A stretch of 63,772 nucleotides of DNA, the filler included, from Octopus bimaculoides (taxonomy: Eukaryota), in assembly GCF_001194135.2 (NCBI RefSeq). It is 5 parts of 5 records of this genome, joined end to end, with 100 filler letters (N's around TTAATTAATTAA, not from the genome) between each part and the next. Parts side by side here need not be neighbours in the genome. Positions count along the whole stretch, not along the records: positions 44,493 to 56,082 come from NC_068996.1; positions 56,183 to 62,086 come from NC_068991.1; positions 62,187 to 63,772 come from NW_026343142.1; 2 more parts are not named here. The stretch is one strand, 5' to 3'. Shown one piece after another: positions 52,533 through 62,963 of the stretch. Below the pieces are notes generated by a model. The model saw only the letters and a program-made list of their open reading frames with translations. It did no database searches and was not told the DNA's origin. The stretch's first letter is position 1. Every line of letters begins with the position of its first letter. Both the position numbers and the translations under genes were made by a program.

Positions 52533-53629
52533 AATGCACACACACACATGCACGCACATATGCGTGTATGCATGCATGCGCATGTGTGTAAGAATGTGTT
52601 ATAAAATGCTTGTGTATGGTAGAGATAGTCACCAAGTGATGCCCAGAGAAATCTCAAACTTAAACTCTAACATCTTCATCAGGGTTAGGTACTCTTGATG
52701 TAGAAAGTCATACAGAAAAATTATCAGGTATAACAGAACAAACAGATCTACCTAAATATGTGCAGGTATGACAGAACAAACAGATCTATCTAAATCTGTG
52801 CTAGTTGAAACTTTTCCTTTGTTTTTATGTACACCTACAATATTGCCTCAGTATTGAACTCCCTTGAATAATATGAATGGTTATATCAACCAAGTATTGA
52901 TTATCTGAAACAGCTGTAAAGATAAGATTTAATTGTAAACTCTATATGCAGCTTTTCAAGTAAATATATTCCTTACACCTGTTTTTGTTTGTTTGTCTCT
53001 ATATTTATGTGTAAGAATTGTTATGTAGTTAAAAAATTCACTTTACATTACATGGTTCTGTGTTCAGTCCCACTAGACAGCATCTTGGTCAATTATCTTC
53101 TATAAACTCAAGCCAGCCAGAGCCTTGTAAGTATAATTGGTAGAGGGAAGCTGAAAGAAGTCTTGTACGTACATGTGTTTGTGTCTTGTCTGACATAACA
53201 TGCTAAACATAAACGCACCTTACAAATGACTATTCACTTGCAATCTTCTGTGGAAACACATATAAATCATGTCCAACTATTATGCTGTTTTGTTTCCAAA
53301 GGATTGTGTGAAATATTAGTTTGTTTGGAAATGGATGAGAGTTAGATGTCTAGTTACAGAAAATCTGCCCTACAAATTTTGACTGATCAACAGAAGCATT
53401 GGTAAAGTGGGTATTAATTATGATGACAATAGTATAAAGTAATTGTATAACTAAACCAAAAATTAGATGATATAGGATTAACCTCAAGAGAATATTTGTA
53501 TTAAATCGCTTCTATTCATTTCCTCACTTTCAGCCTTGTGCTAATGGAGTGTAATTTGAAGCGGCTTTTAGAGTCATTCGACATCTATCTCTAGCATGTT
53601 GGTGCTGTTTCTCAGTACCCTTAATTATA

Positions 53630-55023
53630 ATTATAAGGGCCTTAGAGTCAACCTAACTAAAACCAAAGTCCTAATAAGTAGGAAGGTAGACAACACACAA
53701 ACCCCTTCAGGTAGATGACCCTGCTCGATCTGTAGAAAAGGCGTAGGCAGAAACTCTATAAGATGCACCAAGTGCAAGCTATGCACACATAAGAGGTGCA
53801 GCAATATCAAAGGAAGGTTAACTAGGAAGTTAGTTTTTGTTTGTAGCAGATGTTCAGGAGCGATAAACACTGTGAATGTGCAGAAAACAACTTCTGCCAC
53901 ATTCTATGGAGAAAAACTAGAGGTAGTTGATAGACGTAGCTATCTAGGAGACCAAGTTAGTAGTGGGAGAGGGTGCACTGAAAGTGTAGCTGCTAGAATA
54001 AGAATAGCCTGGGCAAAGTTCAGAGAGCTCTTACCTCTGCTGGTGACAAAGGGTCTCTCTCTCAGAGTAAAAGGCAGACTATATGACGCATGTGTACGAA
54101 CAGCCATGCTTCATGGCAGTGAAGCATGGGCCGTGACTGTTGAAGACATGCGTAGGCTCGCAAGGAACGAAGCCAGTATGCTCCGATGGATGTGTAATGT
54201 CAGTGTGCATACTAGACAGAGTGTAAGTACCTTGAGAGAAAAGTTGAACCTAAGAAGCATCAGTTGTGGTGTGCNNNNNNNNNNNNNNNNNNNNNNNNNN
54301 NNNNNNNNNNNNNNNNNNNNNNNNNNNNNNNNNNNNNNNNNNNNNNNNNNNNNNNNNNNNNNNNNNNNNNNNNNNNNNNNNNNNNNNNNNNNNNNNNNNN
54401 NNNNNNNNNNNNNNNNNNNNNNNNNNNNNNNNNNNNNNNNNNNNNNNNNNNNNNNNNNNNNNNNNNNNNNNNNNNNNNNNNNNNNNNNNNNNNNNNNNNN
54501 NNNNNNNNNNNNNNNNNNNNNNNNNNNNNNNNNNNNNNNNNNNNNNNNNNNNNNNNNNNNNNNNNNNNNNNNNNNNNNNNNNNNNNNNNNNNAGGGGTGT
54601 AGCCAGCCCACTTATGCATACCTTCCTTCATTGGACACAAAACTTGTGAAGACCTGTTGGGGCAAGCGAAAGCGAAATCGTGATGGCACCTGTGCCCAGC
54701 GTCGCCTTTCTAGCACTTGTGCCGGTGGCACGTGTAAAGACATTCGAGCGAGATCGTGTCAGTGCCTCTGCAGGTGGCACATAAAATACACCATTTCGAG
54801 TGTGGCCGTTGCCAGTACCACCTGACTGGCCTTCGTTCTGGTGGCACGTAAAAGCACCCACTACACTCTCGGAGTGGTTGGCATTAGGAAGGGCATCCAG
54901 CTGTAGAAACTCTGCCAAATCAGATTGGAGCCTGGTGTAGCCATCTGGTTTCACCAGTCCTCAGTCAAATCGTCCAACCCATGCTAGCATGGAAGGCAGA
55001 CGTTAAACGATGATGATGATGAT
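53630..55023 (+). mobile_element. RTE-like LINE 3' portion with 3' UTR and (GAT)n tail, containing an N gap
   Basis: ORF 53872: RIAWAKFRELLPLL..AMLHGSEAW. The family tail ends ACGTTAAACGATGATGATGATGAT. Confidence 0.9.
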
Positions 55024-55260
55024 ATCATATAATATTAGGGAATAAAGTCCAAAACTTACAAAGAAAAATTCAATTTAGCAATACTAAATCAAATTTACCA
55101 ATATAAAATATATGTACATAATTTAGAGAAAAACCACTGTTAAATAATTCAATAAACAGGAATGTAATTCATACCCTCTAGAAAATAAATATGTCATAAA
55201 AACCTTATTCTAAAAATCAATCATCATCATCATCGTTTAACGTCCGCTTTCCATGCTAGC

Positions 55261-55302
<42 letters not shown>

Positions 55303-55303
<1 letters not shown>

Positions 55304-55600
55304 GTGAAGGCACATGGCTTAGTGATTAGGGTATTTGGCTCATGATCATAAAGTCTTGAGTTCAATTCCCAGCGATGCATTGTGTCCTAGAGTAAGACAT
55401 TTTATTTCATGTTGCTCCAGTCCACTCTGCTAGCAAAAATAAGTACCTGTATTTCAAAGGGCCAGCCTTGTCACACTCTGTGTCATGCTGAATCTCCCTG
55501 AGAACTATGTTAAGGGTACATGTATCTATGGAGTGCTCAGCCACTTGCACATTAATTTCACGAACAGGCTGTTGCATTGATTGTATCAGCTGGAACCCTC
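55303..55600 (+). mobile_element. tRNA-derived CORE-like SINE (third family)
   Basis: Head GTGAAGGCACATGGCTTAGTG..GAGTTCAATTCCC, body matching 9283-9420. Ends approximate. Confidence 0.7.
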
Positions 55601-55683
55601 GTCATCGCAACCAACAAATCGCCACGATAGATCACTAGCCACTATACTTTTTTCTATTTTCTCTCCCTGTTTATTTCTGTGTT

Positions 55684-55721
55684 CCTTTCTGTTGAAGAAT
55701 GTAGGCTCGAAACGTAAAATA
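55684..55721 (+). ncRNA. Second, decayed copy of the variant minimal hammerhead motif
   Basis: CCUUU CUGUUGA A GAAU GUAG GCUC GAAA C GUA AAAUA. Same CUGUUGA core as 49213-49249, with mutated stems. Confidence 0.5.
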
Positions 55722-55732
55722 CTTTCTCACTT

Positions 55733-55889
55733 ACTATTAAACCTTGGGAGAGGCATTATGCCGGTAGTAAACACGCACACTGGTTCAGTCCTTTATTTAT
55801 TTATAAACAGTATTTAGTCTTTTTTTGTTAAATCATTTCATTGCACCCTTGCAATCTCTTCAGTAACCCGTCTCTCCACTTCCATTTAA
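55733..55889 (-). mobile_element. 157-bp insertion flanked by a 10-bp direct repeat and carrying a hammerhead motif
   Basis: TTTCTCACTT at 55723-55732 and 55890-55899. Removing the insert restores colinearity with the 49130-49290 copy. Confidence 0.7.
55827..55867 (-). ncRNA. Minimal type I hammerhead-like motif
   Basis: Minus strand: GUUA CUGAAGA G AUUGCA AGGG UGCAAU GAAA UG AUU UAAC. Canonical CUGANGA and GAAA, perfect 6-bp stem II and 4-bp stem I, AUU triplet. Confidence 0.62.
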
Positions 55890-56082
55890 TTTCTCACTTC
55901 CTGAGCGTTAAACTAATACATCTGTTTGTTGTTTACACACCCGTCTTGGTCTTTTTGTAAATTCTCACTATATATATATATATATATAAATGATTATATA
56001 TATTTATTTTCTCTTAGTTAACAATTAACTCTGACAAAATAAATTGGTTAATAGATACCAGGGTAGCAAAGTTCACAAAATA

Positions 56083-56182
56083 NNNNNNNNNNNNNNNNNN
56101 NNNNNNNNNNNNNNNNNNNNNNNNNNTTAATTAATTAANNNNNNNNNNNNNNNNNNNNNNNNNNNNNNNNNNNNNNNNNNNN
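56083..56182. other. Assembly linker (44 N + TTAATTAATTAA + 44 N)
   Basis: Same structure as 16258-16357. Confidence 0.9.
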
Positions 56183-56568
56183 GTTAATTCATTTCCAAAA
56201 CACCATCTTAAAGACAAAATTATTTTACCAAATTCTTCATTATTTTCAAAATTAATTGAAACAAAGGCAATGTATTTCAGGAATATGGTAACAAAAGAGT
56301 TAACAATTAACTTTAAAAAAAAACCCACCTACAGTCTTCCCAATAACAGAATTAGCTACAAAGAAATTGATAGAGATGATAAGTGCTTCACAAATGTAAG
56401 TTCAAATAAAAGTAAGGGGTTTCACTCAACCAGGTAAATACTCATATCTTACAAAATTAAGTTTAGTTGGAAAAAAAAAAAAAGAAATGTCTCGTTGGGG
56501 AAATAACAAGAATCAGTTTCAAATTTTCAAAAGTACATGTAAATACGAAATGAGAAGTTGCAAGTTAC

Positions 56569-56743
56569 CTTCACATTGTGGTCGTGGAAGTACTTTCCAC
56601 CTGGTTTTAATAACATTCTCTAATATTTGTAGGGCATAATATTTAGTTTGTTGATTGCTAGAATATTCCAAGATAGTATCCACACGAGTCCATGCATCAG
56701 GATGTTCTTTAAGAGTTGTTAAGACTTCTTGGGCCATGCGTTG
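56569..56743 (-). CDS. XPO1: Exportin-1 (CRM1) second coding exon (importin-beta N-terminal domain)
   Basis: ttttag|QRMAQEVLTTLKEHPDAWTRVDTILEYSSNQQTKYYALQILENVIKTRWKVLPRPQCE G|gtaact, nearly identical to recalled human CRM1 residues. 175 bp, phase 0 to 1. Confidence 0.97.
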
Positions 56744-58472
56744 CTAAAATATAAAAGTTACATCAATCACAATTAATTATAAAGTATTTGAGGGAAAGTG
56801 GGGAAATATATATGTATATTGTTTTTAAACACAGCACATCCATAAGAGATTTTATCTCAGATGAAAACAATAGTAACACACCTGTTAACAGTGAATATAC
56901 ATTAAGCATAATACATAGATGACTATTTTAATTGACTACTGTTTCAATTGCATGAACTGGACACGTATGTATGTGTCTCATTTTTATATGTTCTACCATG
57001 CTGGCACAGGTTCAACACAGGTGGATGCCCTTCTTGTCACTAACCCTTCACAGTTTTTCAATTTAGATATCTTTGAAGGTGTAAGGCCAGTGGGTGGTTT
57101 ATTGACAAGGGAAATGACAATAATATCACTGCTTCTAGTTAAGTGATCCTCACAATGTACAGTTATAAACAAACACACACACACACACAAAACAGGCTTC
57201 TTTCAGTTTCTGTCTGCCAAAATCCACTCACAAAGTTTTGGTTGGCTTAGGGCAATAGTTGAAGACTCTTGCCCAAGGTTCCATATAACCATGTACTGAA
57301 CCCAAAATCACAAGCCATATGGTTTGGAAGTGAACTTCTCAGCCACACAACCATGCATGCACCTATGTATTTATATATGCATGAGGGTGCACTACTTAGT
57401 GGTTAGTGCTGCACTCATAATCATGAGATGGTGGGTTCAGTGTATAGTACTCTTGAGCAAAACACTTCATCTCACATCACTCTGCAACTACTTCAACATC
57501 TGACATGTAGCACACCATTCACCTGTACAGGCAATATTGATTTGATGGAGGGAGTAAGTTTATATGCAGCACAAACATTTGATCACTATAATCAAACCAT
57601 TTGTGCAGGTTGTTCAGCAAGAAATTGCAAAACTGTCTTTCTTAGACTGAGAGATTATCATTAATTAAATGTGTGAATGCTTCCATTATGTGTCCTCACA
57701 TAAGTGTTGAGTAAAAAGCAGTGATAATATGCTGGCATTCCTTGTCAATAAACCACCCACTTGCTCTGCAACATCCCTTATTGAAAAACAAAGAAGGGTT
57801 AGCAACAAGAAGGACATTTGTCTCTAAAACAATGTCTCAAAGTGTATTCATCCAACCCATGCTAGCACAGAAAAAGATGTAAGATGAATGTGTACATGTG
57901 TGTATACATATTATACACACACACACATATACATATTAGTTTCAATTAGATTTTGTTAAATTCAAATTTCAGTTACATGGAATTTTTCTAACACCCAGCA
58001 TTGAATAAAAAGTGCTACATGCATTTGTGAGTAATATATATGTGTATTTTCTGTTTTTACTACTATGATGAGCTGACAATTGAAAAACACATGAAATATC
58101 AAAATATTTATCCAAATAAATTTTTGAGTAAAAAGTTTTGTTTTTTTATTTTCTGAAACATCAGAATAAAAAGCAAAGTTGACTCCAATATGATTTGGAC
58201 TCGGAATGCAAAGGAACATAACTAAATATTGCAAGGTGTTTTCTCCAGTACCCTACCAATTTTACAATTCACCATCTTAAATAAATAATAATTGTTTCTG
58301 ATTTACTATCCACCCTAGTATTTGACAGACATTTTATTTATTTTGACCCAAAAGAATGAAAAGCAAACTTGACCTCAGTAAGATTTGGACTCAAAAAGGG
58401 CCAGAACTACAGCAAGGCTTTTTTTTTCTTCTAATGTGATAACCAAATTCACACTATTTCTAAGTTGGAAAC

Positions 58473-58918
58473 AAAACTACAAATTTTGGAAGAGTATAGT
58501 TGATTCACATATGGCTACAAGTTTTGAAAGGGGAAGTAGAGTCAACTGAGACAAGACCACATAGTCTGTGGGGAGGTATAATCAATTGATGCAAAACTTT
58601 GGAGAAAGTTTTGGAGAAAGGCACAGCTGATTGGCATAAGGCTTCAAGTGTTGGAGGATGTACAGTCAACTGACTCTGACTCAAAACCACAAGTTTAGGG
58701 GCAGGTACTGTTGATTAACACAAGTTCATGTATTGGTGGGATGATACAACAGATGGGTACAGGGTTATAAGTTTCAGGTGGGGAGGATACAAAGCCACAA
58801 GTCTAAGGGAAGGTACATACATATTGGCAGAAGGAAGAAATTTGGGCATGGGTAAAGTTGAATGACACAAGGCCAGAATTTTTTTTTTTTTTTTGTAGGG
58901 TACAGTTGACGGGCACAA
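58473..58918. repeat. Highly diverged tandem array, unit about 40-45 bp
   Basis: Recurrent unit of the form RGCCACAAGTTT-GGRGGAGG-TACAGTYRATTGACACA, about 9-10 copies, delimited by eye. Confidence 0.5.
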
Positions 58919-60389
58919 TGTTGGAAGCGAGTTCAGTTGATAAAAAAAAAGTACGAGTGGTACTTATTTTTTTCAACCATGGAAAAAACAAATGTTTGTT
59001 AAATAAGTATGAGTAAATGTTAATGAATTCATTGATTTTCTTCCATAAAATATTTTGAAAACAAATATGAAAATGAATTCTTTATTTACTCACAAATGAA
59101 TCTTTATGTCAAAACTTGCTTTAACTACACATTTTATTGGACTTTAACTGATGTATAACATCTTCAGAGATTGTTTTAGTACTGTCAATATATAGGTATC
59201 ATTATCTTTTCTCAACTTATTAAATGAAGTATAATTAATAGTATTAATTCACTTTTCAGAAGAAAATATAATTCATCATCATCATCATTTAACATCCATT
59301 TTCTATGCTGCACCAGGCTCCAATTGTCTGTTTTGTCATGGTTTTCATGGCTGGATGTCCTTCCTAGTGGCAACCACTTTACAGAGTGTACTGGGTGCTA
59401 TTTATGTGCAACCAGCATGAGCTTTTTATGTGGTACCAGCAAATATAACTGTAAAATACATATTTTTGTATTTGTCCTATATGCATCATTTCCATAATGG
59501 TAGTTCAATAAATAGATATTTGCATAAAAAGTAAGCAATAACCTCTCAGTCTTTACAGACTGGTTGTTCTTGTTTAGCTTAGGTCAGCTTTTGGCTGGGC
59601 AGACCTATAATCAAATGAAGGTAAGCAAATGTAAATACGAGTTGCAAACCATGACTAAAGAAATAACAAAGTAATGACATATTTCTTTACATCATCATTA
59701 CTGTTTTAATGTCCACTTTTCCATGCTTGCATGAATCAGACAGAATTCATTGAGGCAGATTTTCTACAACTGAACGCCTTTCCTGTCACCAATTCTCACC
59801 TGCTTTCAAGCAAGATATTTTCCCATGGTCAGACATGTTTTGTACAGAAGACTGGGGAAAAACAACATCATTTGTATGATTGAAATGCTCAAATACAACC
59901 ATCATGTTATGTCAAAACACACACACACTCACATTATAACAGGCTTCTTTCAGTCTTCACCTACCAAATTCACTCACAATACTTTGGTTAGCCTGAAACT
60001 ATAGCAGAAGATACCTGTCCATGAAGGTTCCATGCAGCAGGACTAAACCCAAAAATATTGGGAAGCAAACTTTTCAACCACAAGACATGCCTCACCAAAA
60101 CAATTTTCCAGAAGAAAAAAGCTTGTTCAAGTATTTGTTAAACTGCTACATTGGACAGCTCAACAAATTCATATTTCACTCAGCTGGAAGCAGTTTACAC
60201 TTAACTACTTTTGCTTTAGCTAAAATGTCTGGGATAAAAAGTAATGGTAAAAAGGTTCATAAGAAGTTTCAAGAAGTTTCTTTAAAATAAGCTACCATAT
60301 TTTCTGAAAATTGCTTTACTCTATGAAACACTCACTAACACAAGTTTGACATATACTCTGTCCATCATTTCTTTATATCAACATCTACT

Positions 60390-60559
60390 GGATAAGCTAC
60401 AATCATAGTAAATGTCTCTCTACATAGCTATATGCCTCTCAAGATAGCCATATCATAGTAAACACCTTTCTTGATAGCCACAATCATAGTAAATGCCCTC
60501 CTGGATAGCTAGTCACAGTAAATACCTTTTTGGATAGCTACAATCATTTCCAGTAAATG
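60390..60559. repeat. Minisatellite, unit about 31 bp, about 6 copies
   Basis: Consensus approximately GGATAGCTACAATCATAGTAAATGCCTCTCT. Confidence 0.8.
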
Positions 60560-60802
60560 TTAAGTGTTTATTTTATCAACAATAACAAAATAAAAAGCAA
60601 CCTAGGATTTGAACTCACAATGTAAAGAGATGTAACAGAATACTAAAAGACTTCTTTTTTTCTTTACTTGTTGAGTTTGGACAAGGCAGTGCCCATGATC
60701 TTTGCAGACCCTCAAGACTAGTGAGCTTGAGTCTGAGATTGTATCATCTTCACCATTTAATCATCTTAAATTTAAGTAATATTTCAAAACAAAAACACTC
60801 AC

Positions 60803-60928
60803 CTGTGGCCCTTCTCCCGTGTACATACATGCTACGATATTATCCAAAAGGTTGATATCAAGTTTCTGATTAAAATCTAAAAGTTTAGCAGCTTCTTCTG
60901 CCAAGTTATTCATTATGATAGGTGGCAT
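60803..60928 (-). CDS. XPO1: Exportin-1 (CRM1) first coding exon
   Basis: MPPIIMNNLAEEAAKLLDFNQKLDINLLDNIVACMYTGEGPQ|gtgagt, versus human MPAIMTMLADHAARQLLDFSQKLDINLLDNVVNCLYHGEGAQ. 126 bp. The exon acceptor ttgcag lies 25 nt upstream (exon starts at 60953). Confidence 0.96.
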
Positions 60929-60932
60929 TCTG

Positions 60933-60944
60933 TCACTCAGTCAT
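60933..60944 (-). promoter_or_regulatory. Upstream ORF (ATG ACT GAG TGA) in the XPO1 5' UTR
   Basis: Lies within the 25-nt UTR part of the exon; its stop ends 4 nt before the main ATG. Function is untested. Confidence 0.55.
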
Positions 60945-62086
60945 CAGTAGAGCCTGCAACAGAAACCATTTTTTAAAAAAATTAATAATAAACATTATAA
61001 ACAACAATATATACAACTCTAAATATCTTCTTTTCTACAAAGTTATATAACACAAGTGAAAATAGGAATGGTTAAATGTACAAATTAATGGCATTTGTCA
61101 TGGTAACTGAAATTTATTTTAAATTTTTACAAAGTCCAATGATTTACATAAATATTTAAATCACTAACATATAGGGAAATATATACAAAAGAGATATGTG
61201 TGAGTAATGAATGCAGAGTGAAAAAAAAACAAAAAATGTAGAAATTAACCCTATTACAGACATTCCCAAGGATTACATTTGTTGTTGTTTGGCCCCAGGT
61301 TAACAAGATTTTTCAGGTCATTGTGTGTCTAGGAAAATTATCCAATCTACCTTTTGTGTATTAATGACAAAATATCTGAAGACATGGGATCTTAAAAACA
61401 GACGAGATGACATAGAATTCACAGAAATAAATATTAGAATCAGTTTTCAAATTACTTTTAATGCCACTTGAGAGATGGACTAGTCGTTAAAATCAAGTTC
61501 TCAGAAAACAATCTACAGACATAATTAAAATAAACTGAACTCTTAATACATAGAATATTTCAAATCAAGTTCAACTGAATAACACTTTATTGGTATTGTA
61601 AATACATTATCAAACTGTCATATCTGACATCAACTTTCCAAATAGTTTATAATTAAAATGCATGTGCTCACATTATATGCCTGGTTTTCGTGAGAGTTAT
61701 AACAAATTTGAATTATTTACTTCTGGATTGTCAAAGCAAATCATTTCCATAACCACTAAACCTTTTTGGCTAGACAAACTGAGACAATGACAAGAGTGAT
61801 AGAACCACTTTTAGGCTAAGTGGTTGAGCACCAAACTACAGGAAATGTAAATGAAGCACATATTTAAGGATATTGACCGTTCTCTCTACGTGTAAACATT
61901 TTAAATCAGTTTTATCCAGCTAAAGCTAGGTGGATAAAAAAAAAACTCAGGTTTTAATCGAATACTATATTAAATTAAGGCATTTAACTTTATTATTCTT
62001 TTACATCCGCACACCACTTTTTATCAAGAAGCATGAAAATATTCAATTCACCTCTAGTTCAGGCAAACCAAGTTTTAAAAGTTACA

Positions 62087-62186
62087 NNNNNNNNNNNNNN
62101 NNNNNNNNNNNNNNNNNNNNNNNNNNNNNNTTAATTAATTAANNNNNNNNNNNNNNNNNNNNNNNNNNNNNNNNNNNNNNNNNNNN
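62087..62186. other. Assembly linker (44 N + TTAATTAATTAA + 44 N)
   Basis: Same structure as 16258-16357. Confidence 0.9.
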
Positions 62187-62589
62187 AATAATAATAATAA
62201 TAATAATAATAAATCTTAAAAGGACCCACAGGGGCCATATGGACCCCGGTTGAGAACCATTGCGTTAGATAAACACTTTCCTAAATCTAGCCCGTATCAT
62301 AAAACTTTCAATAGACACACAGTTAAATTGGCATACTCTACCAAACGCAATGTTGCTGAATATATAGCAAGATAAAACTCTAGTAAATTAAACCGTACAG
62401 CTCATACTATCACAAATGACAGTTCATCTAACATGAAAATTTCTAGCAACGTTAACAATCGCAATATATCTTTTGCAAATAATCAATATGCCTATGTTCA
62501 TAATTCCAATAATAATATTAATAATAGTGAAGCTGAGCCTATTACACCTACTAATAATCTACATAACACCAGCGTGTGTAAACAGCATA

Positions 62590-62606
62590 TATGTATCTGT
62601 TAGTAG

Positions 62607-62662
<56 letters not shown>

Positions 62663-62765
62663 ATCTATCTATCTATATTTATAAATATATACATGTGTAT
62701 GTGTGAGTACGTATGTATGAATGTATATATAAATATGTATATGTGTGTATATATGTGTATATATA

Positions 62766-62813
<48 letters not shown>

Positions 62814-62929
62814 TACATATATGTATGTATATATATATATGTATGTGTGCATGTGCAAGTATAGCTATGTCTGTTTATAACTGTGCGTGTGTGTGTGTAT
62901 GTGTATATATATATATATANNNNNNNNNN

Positions 62930-62960
<31 letters not shown>
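62590..62960. repeat. Compound (CTGT)/(CTAT)/(TA/TG) microsatellite block
   Basis: Directly visible. Confidence 0.93.

Positions 62961-62963
<3 letters not shown>

Noticed and set aside
52725-52800. 38-bp tandem duplication (also short duplications near 8762-8800 and 43980-44025)
   Set aside because: Ordinary slippage duplications with no evidence of function.
44493-56082. Expected downstream POMGNT1 exons (LWDWDMWMR...) and XPO1 exons (IKKYVVGLII...)
   Set aside because: Searched by eye on both strands and in the ORF track without finding them. Very short or diverged exons could have been missed.
60390-60559. CRISPR-like regular repeats
   Set aside because: Units are directly adjacent with no unique spacers, and the context is a eukaryotic intron. 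It is a minisatellite.
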